Below, piece after piece: positions 1 through 12,972 of a stretch of DNA of 64,000 nucleotides. Position 1 is the stretch's first letter; each line of letters starts with the position of its first letter. Both the position numbers and the translations under genes were made by a program. The stretch is from assembly GCA_027923505.1 (NCBI GenBank), contig BROI01000005.1:1054001-1118000 (forward strand), written 5' to 3'. This DNA is from Mayamaea pseudoterrestris. Lineage: Eukaryota. Below the pieces are notes generated by a model that saw nothing but the letters and a program-made list of their open reading frames with translations, was not told where the DNA came from and did not search any database.

Positions 1-148
1 CATGAAGAATGTCACATCACGACTGAAATATCATTGTCGACTCACCTCTGTTTCGTTCCATCGAATTGACCATCGACCATGATATGTTAGTCCCGTCAGC
101 TCAATACAAGCAACGCCCTCCTACTCTGCTTACTTAAGTAGCTTACAC

Positions 149-835
149 ATGTCAATCGAAGCTGCTCCCAAAGTGGATCGTTTGGTCTCGGACATCGTCA
201 TCAGTGAGCAGGAAACCTTTCAACACCTTGCTGCGTTTCTGTGGATGACTCGCGCCAGTTGTACATCCACCGCTGACGAGTCGCATCATTTAGAAGATCT
301 TTGTGCAATTGCCGAGTCACTAGCGTTTTCTGAAAGGGATAGCCAAGTTGTCCAGCAACTGCTTCGCAGCACAGGTTTGGACACGACGACACCCATTGTT
401 TCGCCCATCAAGTTTGAACATTCTATTTTGTCGCAGACCAACCACTCGGTGCACGCGACAGCAGCTACGCCAGATATTTTACTTTCCACGCAGATACCAC
501 TAAAGAGCAAAGTAGCAGCGATGTCGTCGAGTACTGGAAAGAAAGAATCTCGGTATGAGTTACCAAATGAGATGCAATACTCGCCCGAACAGATCGAGCT
601 TGACGATTCATTTTTGAGAACGCAGTACACGTCGGTATCGAAGGACAAGGATGCATTGGAAAGTCCAAGTCTGGTTGACGCTTCGATGAAAGAAGAGCTG
701 TTAGAAGATTGGATGTCTGCCAAGATTAAGGATGAGGCATCCATCTCGGCTGTCGAACAGTCTTTGTCAGAGGATGCAAAGAGAAAGGCTAGACATGGAG
801 CGAAACAGTCGAGGAAGATGACCAAGAAAAAGTAA
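149..835 (+). CDS. Hypothetical protein (228 aa, basic C-terminus)
   Basis: ATG-initiated 228-aa ORF followed by an AT-rich 3' region; no recognisable motif. Confidence 0.55.
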   Translation: MSIEAAPKVDRLVSDIVISEQETFQHLAAFLWMTRASCTSTADESHHLEDLCAIAESLAFSERDSQVVQQLLRSTGLDTTTPIVSPIKFEHSILSQTNHSVHATAATPDILLSTQIPLKSKVAAMSSSTGKKESRYELPNEMQYSPEQIELDDSFLRTQYTSVSKDKDALESPSLVDASMKEELLEDWMSAKIKDEASISAVEQSLSEDAKRKARHGAKQSRKMTKKK

Positions 836-1515
836 AGGAAGAAGATTAAGAATGTCTTCGATTCGAAGCATTGTATTGCTTTGTAAAATAATGAACATCA
901 TTGGTGGGTAGCTGGTAGCTGGGCAGGACATTCTACCGATACCTGCTTTATTGATTGTACACATCCGCTGGACCAGCTTGCTACTTGATGCCACATTCTC
1001 TACAATTTAATAAAACTACAGTGGAGTACAGTAGGTTCATTAACACAATGCTCCGACTGTTAAGTAAGTAAGTAAGTGACGGCTCTACATGTACTGATAT
1101 GATAGCTATGACCAGCTTGATATGTCGTGTGGCAATGAAGCACCCGGACGGACATGTCGGACGTGCTTGCGTGTGCATATATCCTTTCCAAGGAAGGGCG
1201 TATAGAATGCGGGAGGGCAACGGCCATCAAAGAGGGTATGCTACCTACCAAAGATACGAGAAAACCTAGTTAGGTAAGCCGATCTCGACGCACGTCCGGA
1301 CAAAGCGAGAGAATTAGCCCACCGTTTGATTGGGCAATATCGGAAAGAACATGACCATCTGCTCGATGACGCAAGCTATTTAACAGGATCAACAGAAGCC
1401 CCCAAACCGTTGCGCGAGGCGGATGGAACCCCCTCACATCTTTTTCCAAATTCCAGTTCTCATCGCATCAATCGCAGCTGCACCAAACACTTCGAGAAGT
1501 TTACCTTAACAAAAT

Positions 1516-3778
1516 ATGCTCTTTCGTATATCCGAGTCTTTGTTGCTCTTAAGCTTGTTAGTAAACAAGTCGGCTGGTTTTGTGGCGCTGCCAGTGCAGC
1601 AAGGACGATGCAACGCTGCACAAGCTCGTTCAGATCAGCAGCCATTCGTCACATTCTCAACACAAGTGTTTAATCAGCATTATAATCACGAAGACTCTGA
1701 AGAACAGAATGAGCTAGTCGATGATGCAAGCCAAGATTGGAGAGCATTTCGTGCCAAGCTCATTAACAGCGAACCAGAAATCTACAAGGAAGGTACCAGT
1801 CTCTCAGAGCGAGACACACCCAACCGCGACGCAGAGCAAATCTTTCACGACTGGCGATCATTCCGTGCCAAGCTTGTTCGAAGTGAGCCGCAAATGTACA
1901 AGGAAGATGGCCTTGATGAAGATATATATGATGACTGCGATCCAGCGACGGGTGACTGTGACTTAGATGGCATAGGAGAAGCATTCTTTGAAGATATTGC
2001 GATGAAAGCAGCCCTCCGAAACATGATGGAATCTTCAACGCATGCAGCATCGCCGACTACAGTAGAAACAACACCATTGACTCAATGGGATGCTTCCCAG
2101 TGGGCCTACGAGAGTGGAACAATCATTGAGCAAGGAACAGTTGTGTTGGGAGGTGTCGAACAAGAATTTGGATTTGCACTTCGACAACAATATTTTCACA
2201 AGTAAGCAGCAGCAGTCGGAGATTTCTTTTAATGATTCAATGCGACTCACTTACCTTGTTCTGTTCTTCGCGCGCAGGGCTGCAATTCTCGTCATTGATC
2301 ACCAAGAAACGACATTTACAAAGGGAATTATACTAAATCGACCGACTGATTTTATACTTGAAGACGACTTGAACCCAGGAGCTCGCTGGAAGCTTTGGTT
2401 TGGAGGCGATGTTCAAGGTATCGAGAGCGAAAACCCTGATTTGATATGCCTACACACCCTGACATCCCCACACGCCACCAGAGCTAGCATTCCCATAATG
2501 AACGACATGCAGTGGACGACCTTCGAAAATGCCAAACGACTTGTAAATGCAGGAGTGGCTCAACCTCAAGACTTTCAAGTGTTTTGTGGATATGCTGGAT
2601 GGGGCCCCACTCAGCTTCGAAATGAACTTGATCGCAAGTCTTGGTTCATGGTAGCAACAGACTCGCAAACATTAATCAAGGAACTGTCCTTAAATGCATC
2701 ATCGGATCCCCGCGATGCTGGACTTGAAACTTGGTCGATGCTTATGCGAATGATCGGTCGTGAGACCATGGCAACACAGAAGCAAGATTGCTTTGACGAT
2801 TTGATGCTGAAGGAATGGTCACTTCGACATCTTTTAAGCGTCGATAGTGGCGGAAATGCTGGTCAAAGGATGCGGAATGTTTCACGCGCACGCGCAAGCG
2901 TGCCTCGTTCATCGGACATTTCTATTAGCATCAAAGAAGAGTACCTGCGTAAGGATCCAGTAGAGGAAATGATGGCTCGAGCGTCCGCAGCGGCACAGGG
3001 TCAGGGAGTTATGCCAGGTCATCTTGTTCGAGCATCACCTGTTGGACGATCACCCTTTTTGCTTGACGACCAAGAGTTGCATAAGTCAGTCATTCTTATT
3101 TTGAGCGACGACGAGAAGCTCACAGTTGGCGCTATTCTCAATCGACCTGCTGCCAAAGGCGTCGACATTCAGATTTCGCGGCACAGCAGTGGCCGTGTGG
3201 AAACAATTACTATTCCGTTGCGGTTTGGCGGACAGTACTCGGTCAAGGGCGACGAACCGTTACTATGGGTACACTGCAATGCAAACCTTCGCGCCGCTGG
3301 TGTCGGTGAGCCTGTTGGCTCTGCAGACACTGGTATCTGGAAATGCACGGCCGACGATGTCGCCATTGCCATCCGCCAGGGGCTGGCGCTTGTGGAAGAT
3401 TTTTTTGTTGTCACAGGTGTCAGTGTTTGGACGAAAGAAAATTCTGCAGAACGAAATGGCATGCAAGGTGAGATTGAGTCTGGTCGATTCGAACTCATTC
3501 CTCCCTCCAGAACACGCGCCGTCTGGGACTCTATGTCGCAACAGGAGGTGCTTACTTCATCGAATGTCAAGGACAACCTTGCAGTGGCTGATGAAGCGTG
3601 GTCCCAAGGGATCGTCAACACTTACAACCCCTTGCCCGGTATCCAAGACCTCACTGGAAATGTCAGTCAAGAAGACACATTTGTTTTTAAAAGCAACGTT
3701 AAGGTTTCAAAGCTAGCAGATGATGCGCTCGAGAACTGGGTTGCTACGTTCCTCTTGGGAGTTCCAAGCCTTAATTGA
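1516..3778 (+). CDS. Plastid-targeted DUF179/YqgE(AlgH)-family protein with two DUF179 domains; exons 1516-2201, 2278-3778
   Basis: Signal peptide ending SAG-FVAL; two DWRxFRAKL motifs; QQYFHK|AAIL spliced across intron 2202-2277 (GTAAGC..CGCAG); GIILNRPT, FGGDV and GYAGWGPTQLRNE motifs; second domain with GAILNRP..FGG. Confidence 0.85.
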
Positions 3779-4117
3779 GTTCCCTTACCCGTGAGTCTCG
3801 AATGGCGACCACTATAGTTCACACATCTAGTAAAACTAACAAACACATTACAAGTTTTTCGCGTGAAACTTCGCGGCAAATGCATAGACTCTCGTGCTCG
3901 TAAACTGCCTTTCGTCTGCCATATCTTGCAAGTTACAATGCCCGTCGGCGAATCAGCCCTTGACTCAACGTCGCTTTAGCCATGTACGGGAAATCGCGGT
4001 TGCGTAGGCTGCTGCTTTGTTTTCTAACAATCGCAGTGCGCTTGTTGGCACAGCGCTGCAACAGTGTTGACAAATCTGAAATCGAATGCGGCACTCTCGT
4101 ATGCTCACTGATGCCTC

Positions 4118-4866
4118 TTGCAGCGACCCATCCTGCCATATTTTGTTCAAGCCACCTATTCTGCTTGTATAGAGTTTCTTGATCGAGTTTGTGCGGCTTC
4201 GAACATAGTTCCAAGGTTTGCGCTACGACCGGAAGCGATAATCACGCTTCTGATTTCGCATAGTGATGCTGAAGGTCCCACTCAGCCATTCTTTTCTTAC
4301 AGTGCTTTTCGATCATCCAAGTGACAATCACTGCTCTGCCGACATCGAGAGCTTTATGGCGGTAGCCTCAAACTGGTTCCCGGTCGTATTGTGTTGAACG
4401 GCTGATCGCTCGAAAGCAATTTCTCTTGATATTTAGCATGAAAGACCAAACGGTGTGGCCGATCAGTGGCCGGCTCATGCTTAATGCCGCCTGTACTTCG
4501 GTACTTTGCGTTGCCTTGCACAAGCCTGTCGGCGCTCTCTTATGCGACGCGTCTACTAACATTGATAAGTTCAAGGAAGTTGATTGTCCGGTCTTCATTG
4601 CGCATGGAGAGAGAGGCATCGTTGTTCCATACAAGCGTGAAAGAGGTAATCTTTCTAAAGCACTTCCTCGACCAGAGAAGGCATGTTTCTGCAGCAATTC
4701 TGTTGCGCGCCACAATCAATTTTCTCAATACAAACAAGCTATTAAAAAGCGCTCAGTGGATGCCTTGATAAGCATATTCTTGCGGTTGCTTGGGCATGAA
4801 GGCTCCGAATCACTACAACGCGCCAAAGAGACTTGTCTTTGCGGATGTGTAAATTTCTTTGACTGA
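4118..4866 (+). pseudogene. Decayed ABHD17-like alpha/beta hydrolase
   Basis: Fragments in shifting frames (TLLISHSDAE; HCSADIES; VPGRIVLNG*SLES; NIDKFKEVDCPVFIAHG..VVPY) parallel the intact paralog at 36554-37807 (TLLYSHANAE; DCYADIEA; VPAQNIVLYGRSLGS; NIDLLPMIRSPTILIHG..IVPF). Confidence 0.7.
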
Positions 4867-4957
4867 CGCGTCGAACAAGATATTTTGTCTATCATTGACC
4901 ACAGCATAGGGATAGCTAAATCAATCTTGATAAACGCATCTTGAAGCTCCCAATTGT

Positions 4958-6712
4958 TTAAGCATCCTTGGAGACTCGCTTCTTTTCGACTTTGCGAAAG
5001 TGATTAATCAATGTATTTGCTGGCTTCGACGGCTTAGTAGCCTTTGCTCGCTTCGTCGCACTAGATTTTCTGAGCTTATCGCTCACCGCCGGGATGCGAC
5101 TGATCAGTTGTGATTTGTATGGAGCGGCAGATTCTTTTGCAGCAACTGCAAAGCATGCAGCAATCGATTTCTGTAGCTTGTGGGGCTGGGTTTTGCGCGT
5201 TGCAGCATCAGTCTGCAGAGTTAAATAAGGTGGCAAAATGGAATCATCCACCACTAACGAAACGGCAATATGATCCGAAAATGAAGGCGGCGTGTACACC
5301 ATGCCAGTGTGTGCTTTGCCAAACTGCGTGTCGAATGCATCGCGAGACATCTCCTGAATGCCGCCTCCTTGAAACGAAACTGGTTGGAATCTGCCGTTCG
5401 CGGTGGCAGCTTCTAAAGCTGCATGCTCGGCAATCGGATCATCTAGTGTAACACTTGCATCGCCGCATCGCAGAGATTCGACGTTGCCTTTCCGAATGAA
5501 AGGTAGCATATGCCGGTCAATGATTGTGTAGTCGATTCGTGACCCATCATTCGTGTATCGTCGATTGGTTGATTGATTCCAGCATGTAAATCGTCCTCCG
5601 GCATTTGGATAAAAGTAGCGAAAGGCGTCAACCATATTTCCATCATTCAGTAGAGTGCGCAACCATTGCCGAGGCGGCGAGACATTCGGCACAGTAGCGT
5701 GCGCTGATGCAATCTCGCGCAGGGTTTCATCGCTCCACTGCACGCCTGCTATTCGAGACATCAATTCGGCCAGAACATGCAAGCGCACAACATTTGCTTC
5801 CTGCGCCAATACATATTGCTGAAGTTCATCGTCAAAGTAGTAAGATTCTTCAAAGTTGAACAGGTATTCGCAACACTCCGGTGAACTTTCATGTTTTCCA
5901 AGGTAGACGCGGCGACCATTCACATCAACAGCAAGGCGGTATTTGTCAAACTGATCACCCGTATAAGTATTTGTCGTCTTTGTCGGCACAGCCCGCTTTG
6001 TGTAGAGTGCTGCAACTATCATTTGCCAATGCGTTTGAACGTCTCGCTTCCATTGTGATATCGGTGGTTGACTCAGCTCGTTTGTCGCTATCTCATTTTT
6101 TGACTGCAGTATAGAATCAATGTAGACGACACGATCTTTCCAGTAAACATCTTTACTATCCAAGGCAATATTCAGATCTCCAACGAGTATAACTGGTATT
6201 TTGCGCTCTTGCCGCTGTCGCTCCATTGCTCGCTGTAGAGCGCGAAGGAACTTCATCTTGTAGGCAAGGGGTAGACCGCCCGACGCAGGAACGTATACAT
6301 TAAAAAGTATGAAAGAGCCATGATCAGTCATGATGCATCGTCCTTGAGCGTCAATGTCGGGAGCAAGGGGCGCCGCATTGGCCCGAAGACATAATCCTTT
6401 GCGAACAAAAGTGACCACTCCGAAATTCATGGTCGCCGTCGACTCGGCGGGACAGCAAGCCCAAAAGGATTCGTAATTGTCGAGTGATGAGCACTGCCTT
6501 GGTTCGCTTCTATTCTTTAACTGAGTAAGTGGTACTTTGTGCTCTTGAAGGCAGACGATATCAGCTTGATGACGCTGGAAGAAGGCATCGATGGACGCTT
6601 GAGGACGCTGCTTAGTTTTAGCGCTTGCACAAATGGATGGAAGATCGCTTGACTCGCAAATGCGCTCCAGCGTCTTACTCAAGCCTGCAACGTTCCAGCT
6701 GAGAATGAGCAT
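4958..6712 (-). CDS. ExoIII-family AP endonuclease (APE2-like)
   Basis: ILSWNVAG, CLQEHK, NVYVP, GDLNIA, TCWNQ, GSRIDY and SDHIAV EEP motifs; PIP-box-like QKSIAACF in the C-terminal tail. Confidence 0.88.
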   Translation of the reverse strand: MLILSWNVAGLSKTLERICESSDLPSICASAKTKQRPQASIDAFFQRHQADIVCLQEHKVPLTQLKNRSEPRQCSSLDNYESFWACCPAESTATMNFGVVTFVRKGLCLRANAAPLAPDIDAQGRCIMTDHGSFILFNVYVPASGGLPLAYKMKFLRALQRAMERQRQERKIPVILVGDLNIALDSKDVYWKDRVVYIDSILQSKNEIATNELSQPPISQWKRDVQTHWQMIVAALYTKRAVPTKTTNTYTGDQFDKYRLAVDVNGRRVYLGKHESSPECCEYLFNFEESYYFDDELQQYVLAQEANVVRLHVLAELMSRIAGVQWSDETLREIASAHATVPNVSPPRQWLRTLLNDGNMVDAFRYFYPNAGGRFTCWNQSTNRRYTNDGSRIDYTIIDRHMLPFIRKGNVESLRCGDASVTLDDPIAEHAALEAATANGRFQPVSFQGGGIQEMSRDAFDTQFGKAHTGMVYTPPSFSDHIAVSLVVDDSILPPYLTLQTDAATRKTQPHKLQKSIAACFAVAAKESAAPYKSQLISRIPAVSDKLRKSSATKRAKATKPSKPANTLINHFRKVEKKRVSKDA

Positions 6713-7175
6713 GATTCTATTGTGATTTGTCGATAGGATTGGTGGATCATTATTATTTTATGGAATGCAAGCTTGTTCTCGTCATCAGTTGACGATTTGA
6801 AACGTCGTCGTTTCAGTCCCAATGTCGGACCGTCAATAAAATTCGTCCATTAAGTATTGCTTTTTGAGTAGCGCTCTGTGCAGGATTGAAGCTTTTCACT
6901 TTCTTCGATCAACTCGCACGCCATGTTCAACCGACCCCGCAGAATCTGCAGGACGTACCGCAGCGGTATTTTACGGCTCCTTGCGTTGTTTGATACATGC
7001 TTGTCAAGGAGATTTTGCATCTTGACCTTCAGATCTCATAGTTGTGCGACGATATCGTCGTCTAAAGGAGTTTACTTGCAAAGCAAGAGATTCGATTGAC
7101 AATCGTTTGACGCCTGACGCAGCTGCATCGTGTGATTCAGACAGAACTTTTTCCGGATACAGCAGTGCATCTACC

Positions 7176-9208
7176 ATGTCTCGCCGACGAGGTGAATTCG
7201 AGCATCGTACTTCCATCTTTGAAGGATCATATCGTGCCTGGAGTTTCTTGGGAGGCATCGATCCAGAGCATCTTTTCACCAAAACCTCGGAAGAATTGGA
7301 CCCGCTCTCTAATCCCATTGCCCCTGCGGACGACACTCGCGTCAAGAGCAACGCCACTTCTACCCAAGGACGACCGGAATATCCATACGAACCACTGCCT
7401 CGATCCGGATTGGCGCATCCATTCGTGCAAGCCATTCTCAGTCCATGGCTAGGACCAGACGCCGACCAGGATGCCATTACGCTTGGACTCACGACGCTTC
7501 GGACTTGGTGGCAGCACAGACGCAAGGGAGAATCGGGCAGTGCGATTGCTGCATTGAGCACCGAGAAGATGCAAGGAATTGTCGATGGATATACGCGACA
7601 TTTCTTCACGCTAGCGCACTGCCTCGTGATGAATGACAAGGAGCAACCACCGCGGACGCTGCATACCAAAATGAAAGCGCGTGAGAAGCAGCGACGCAAG
7701 GGCGGTGCAGGCGCAACGAGTGGTATTGCTGCCGCATTGGGTCTTGATAGCATGTCCGAGTCGGAGAGGAGTCGAAATTTGGAATTGTCGGGGTCGCAGT
7801 CACAATTGAACAATACGGAACTCACGCCATTGGAACGTCTTCATGCGGCCCAGCAAAAGCATTACAAGGAGTCGGAACAATTTGGTGAAGCGAGTATCGC
7901 GAGCTCATTTGTCTCTGCAAACATTAACTTGAAAGGGAAGTGCGTTCCCGGAAAAGTCGACTTGGGCAGCATGGTGGATAGTGTCAATCGCCATGCTGCT
8001 CAGCTTGCTCACCGTGGGAATGAGGTGTCATCAAGCGTCAACAGTCGAGGATTTTGCTTGCCGCCGGCGAATGATACTCACAATGCCATTGTGCAGTATG
8101 GAGATCCCCGCATGACGCCGATCGTCCTTTGTAATACGCAAGGCGACTGCCAAATAGCCATGTCGGTGGATGGAATTACATGCAGCCATTGCGTTCGCAT
8201 TGTGGAGACTGTATTAAAAGGTTGTAACGGCAACAGATCTCCAATCTCAGGTTTGCTGGATGCTGCTGCAGATCGCGCCATGAATAGTGTGATTATAAAG
8301 ATAGAGCGACCCGCTGACGCGAAACGAATTGCCTTTCAAGCAGCGAGAAATCTTGCCATGGTTGGCTACACGGCCAAGGCCCTGGAAGTCAAAATATCAG
8401 ACGAGAACGACCAACCTTTTGCGCAAGAAGCAATTTGCCAAGCCTTTCAAGCAGCTGCCAAGGGTGATGCCCCCGCAGTTTTTGACTGGGGAAGTTGCTG
8501 CAGCTGCCCTGATAATGGCGTCGAGCGACGAGACTGTCCCAGGTATGCCGTACGACGATGAATGCTCATTTGTGGCGAAAGGCACTTTAAGGTGTTTGAT
8601 GTTGCCCCAGTGGCATTGTCCCAAGCTTACCTCACAGCACGTTTTGCGTTATGATTTTTTTACACAGACACTCGCAGATGGAACCGACAATGTTAAATGC
8701 TTTTGTCGACCGGGGATTGCAAGTTGCTGCTTTTTTGAAAATGCCTGCAACCGCCAGGTCTATTGAGATATTCAAGGACCCGCTGTTACGTGTTCACGAC
8801 AAGCAAGCGACTACTGGTACTGTCCAGCCCATGAGTGGAGTAGGTTTGAGTCACATGGAAACTTTGGCGGTTGCTGCGGCTGGATCAGCCCACATGCCAT
8901 CATATGTCTCAGTTCCATCCGATCGCGAGGCGCTTCTTCGCCAATCATTTCCCAGAGCATCTTATTCTCGCCGCAATAGTCGGAACCCTTCCATTATGTC
9001 GTTTGGAAATGGATTTCATCAGGCTCCAATGGCGTCGGAAACAACGTTTGGTCGCGCCATGTCGGGTTTATCTGCATTATCAATTGATTGGGAAAACCTG
9101 GACGATTTTGATTTAGAAGTCGACCACAGTGCGCACATCAACAACCAAGGGCGAGCAAATGGAGGTGATGGGCAGAACGACAATGCAGCGCATGCCGTTG
9201 GAGTTTAG
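7176..9208 (+). CDS. Heavy-metal-associated (HMA) domain protein; exons 7176-8542, 8668-9208
   Basis: MSVDGITCSHCV HMA motif; Cys cluster CCSCPD..DCPRH; intron 8543-8667 (GTATGC..ACACAG) joins the two ORFs in frame. Confidence 0.75.
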
Positions 9209-9522
9209 GGTGTGTGTATTCCTCCTCCTCGAACTCTTGCAATGAGAGGATACAATTGATTTGACTATCACTGCCATTCTTGAATAGTTACTGTACTATA
9301 CTAATACAAACACTTCCGCGATTTGCTATGTCACAACTGCAAACCTTTAACCAGAGGTTGTTACACGCAGGTCACCCGGTGCGGTCAATCGTTTCAAAGT
9401 ACATAACGCTTAAGCTACCTATCTACAGGTAGTCAAACTCCTAGTATGACATAGTGCCATAATAGCCACACTAATTAAGCAATCTATTAATGTGAGGCAC
9501 AGGCATTCATGTGAGATCTCGA

Positions 9523-10491
9523 CTAATTTTGGAAGTTAATGATGCGTCCGAACTTGGTGGCATCCAGCGATGCTCCTCCCACCAAGCATCCATCAATATC
9601 TGGCTGTGACATGAGTTCGTCCACCGACTCTGGAGTGACGCTCCCCCCGTATAAAATGCGCACGCCATCGGCCGTCTCTTGATCGTACATTTCCGCCAAA
9701 ATGGCGCGGCAAGAGGCATGCACCTTTTGTGCCGTCTCCTTTGTCGCTACTTTGCCTGTACCAATCGCCCAGACTGGTTCATATGCAATCGCCACCCGAC
9801 TCATGTCCTGCTTCGAAATGCCGGAGAGCCCCTTTTTTAGTTGAATCGTGCAAACAGCGTTGGCCAAGTCAGCCTCGTACTCCGCTTCAGATTCGCCAAT
9901 GCAAAGCATGACAGACATGCCCTTTTCAATCAGCTGTAGGCATTGTGCGTTAATAACTTCATTCGATTCACCAAAGATGGTACGTCGTTCAGAATGACCT
10001 GCCAAGCACCATTGCACGCCGATGGATTTGAGCATGTTAGCCGAGACGCCGCCGGTAAATGCGCCCTTTTCTTCCGCAAAGCAAGCCTAGATTGAATGCG
10101 AAAACGAAGAATGAGCGACGATATGATTTTCGTAAACATAGCACTCGCAGATTGTAACAGCACAAAACCTCTGCCCTGTGTGTCGTACCTCTGCCCCAAC
10201 AAGAATGTTAGAACCCGCCGCGGCCATGGTCGCTTCGATGAAAGGATAGGGCACAAAGAGTGCAACTTCGGCTTCTGGGCTAGACGGCGTAACGGAGGAA
10301 CTAATATCAGTTGCTAGCTGAACAGCTTCGGCTTTGGTAGACGGGTTGAGTTTCCAGTTTCCGGAGATGAAAGGCGTTCGGGCCATTTGCAAGCTACTGC
10401 AGGAAGCAAGGGACTTGGTGTTGCTAAAGGCAGGGGCAAAAGCGGCTGCCGATCCGAAGCAGACAGACAACGTGATTGCGGAGAGCTTCAT
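9523..10491 (-). CDS. TPI: Plastid triosephosphate isomerase; exons 10491-10189, 10086-9523
   Basis: GNWK, GAFTG, GHSERR, AYEPVWAIGTGK, YGGSV and LVGGASL motifs; presequence ..GSAAA-FAP; intron 10087-10188. Confidence 0.96.
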
Positions 10492-10854
10492 TATTGATTG
10501 CTTTTTCTAGCTGTTGCTTGCAATATCAATATAAATACAGTATAGGATACACACGTAAATAGAAAGCAATTGTGAAGCTGACTGTGTTTGTCGGCAGTCA
10601 TGCAATCGATGGCTCCTCTGAAGCTTCACAAGATGAAACATCGGACGGTGCCGCCGCGCCGACGCGCCACTGCCAGTGACGTACGACCATCCGACGCTAT
10701 CGTACCGGTACTCACAGGATTTGGCTCGGATTGTGATGACTGGAAAATGACCACGGCAAGCGGCGTCAACGACTGCGCGCGAATAGTGTGTACGTATTCA
10801 TACAAGTACATAAACACGACGAACCGCAGACCTGCTTCTGCTTCATCCATAGCG

Positions 10855-12923
10855 ATGTCAGATTACGAGGATGACAAAGTCGCGAGGGAACGCCGCAAAA
10901 AACGAGTCTCGTCTAGGGCAAAAGGCCGTTCTAATGGTGGCTTCTTTTGTCCGACTTCAATTGTTCTTTCCCCGACGGAAGCGATCACACAACCAGGAGC
11001 GATCGAATTAGGTTTATTATTGATGTTCTTGGTTGGTCTTCTCTATTTTTATGGTTGTTATGAAGCCATTGAAAGTCTACCTAATACTCCACGTCAGCCC
11101 GATTGGAGAGCACACTTGGGCGAAAACCTCAATCTCGCCTTGAACGAATTTGACTCTACATTGACCAAGACAGGCAAGAATCCACGCGCTAAACAACAAG
11201 GAGCAGAAATTGCTACTGACGGTGCTGTAGCCTACAAAATTACAACTGCAGATGACGTAAACGTGCCAGAATGTAAATGGCCTGTGCGACTGCGTGATGA
11301 ACTGGACCAGTACGAAACGATCATTCATCCTGGCGACTTGGTCACAAAAATGAAGATTCCTCCATTCTGGAGCCCACCAATCCACAAAAATGGACTCATG
11401 TCGCGCGAATTAGCTATGAAAGTTGGAAGTTGCGCTGAACCTGACGCAAATGGAAACTATGCGCGCGGAGATGCTTGCCCAATCTTTAAGCGAACCATTT
11501 TCGTGCAGATTGCCAGCTTTCGCGATTTTGAATGTCGCGGGACGGTTGAAGACATATTTTTGCGATCGACTTACCCGGACCGAATTCGTGTTGCCGTAGT
11601 GGACCAGATCAAGAGTGGAGAAGACCCTCGGTGCGACGAGCCACCCGAGCCATGCGACGTCAAACCGGAGCAGGCACTCTGCAAGTACAAGGATCGAATT
11701 GATGTTTACGAAATGGACGCTGACCTATCGATCGGGCCAGTTTTTGCCCGACACATTGGATATAGAATGTATCGAGGAGAGTACTATGCAACTCAGTCAG
11801 ATGCCCACGTTAGCTATATAAATGGATGGGATGTGAGCATTGTTCAGCAATTGGAAGCCACAAATGACGAAATGGGTGTTTTGTCGACTTACTTGACTGA
11901 CGTTCAAGGATCAATTGACAAAAATGGGCACTCGTTGGTGAAAACGCGCCCCATCATGTGCAATACCATCTGGGAAGGTGGTCCGCAAGGCATGCACCTC
12001 CGGCACGCGTCGCAGCCTGAAAAGTTTCCAGTCATTCACGGCATGCCTCAACTGGCCCCATGGTGGGCGGCAGGCTACTCGTTTTCTCGTGGTCACTTCG
12101 TTGTTAATGTTCCGTACGATTGGTTGAGTCCAATGATTTTTCAAGGGGAAGAAATGAGTATCGGCATTCGTAAGTCAAGCGCAATTTCTTCCATTGTCTT
12201 TGTCTGCTTAGTATCTCACACCGCATCTTTTTCTTTGCAACTGCCGATTGTTGCTGTTGAATGTTTTGCTAATCATGAAATTGTTATATAGGCGGTTTCA
12301 GCATAGGCTATGATTACTACAGTCCGGAGCGAAGCGTTTGCTTCCACCATTACGCAGTCGGCAAAAATAAAAAGATACGCAATCGTGTAAAACATTTTTG
12401 GGATAGTGCGACAAAGTATGAAGGAACGGGCCGAAAGGCCATGCAGCGACTTCTTGGTATTGTTCACATGAACCCAGAAGTCGACGCGAAGAACTGGGAC
12501 CACCGAGACGAAGAGATATACGGCATCGGAGGTGTACGTGAGGTACAGAAATTTTACGAAGTATTCGGCATTGACGTTAAAAAGAAGACTATCGAACGAA
12601 ACATGTGCAGCTTTGTGGATGGTAAGGCGGAGACCAGCATGCACAGCATTTTCCATCCTCACTTGCGAAAAGATGGCATGGGCGTCGATTACAATCGCAT
12701 ACACTACAAATTTGTGGACCCCCAAAAGGCGCGAATGGGCAGTGAAAAAGAACAAGTCAGTGGGGGCATCGCGAAGGCTGTCAGCACGGATGACGGAGAA
12801 GGCGAGGAGTCTGCTGCAGATGACACAGACGAGGTAGCGGCCGAAGAAGAGGGAATTGTAAAAGAGGAGGCACCAGAGGCAGGAAACGATGACAATGAAG
12901 AGGCGGAAGAGGTGACTGAGTAA
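10855..12923 (+). CDS. GT60 / Skp1-hydroxyproline GlcNAc-transferase-like type II membrane glycosyltransferase; exons 10855-12169, 12292-12923
   Basis: N-terminal TM; IFVQIASFRD, GPVFAR, QSDAH, WAAGYSF, PYD..IFQGEE and CFHHY motifs; intron 12170-12291 restores IGIR-GFSIGYD. Start codon uncertain. Confidence 0.85.
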
Positions 12924-12972
12924 CTTTGGTCCAAGTACGAATTAAAAAACCATGACATTACTTCACATTTTT

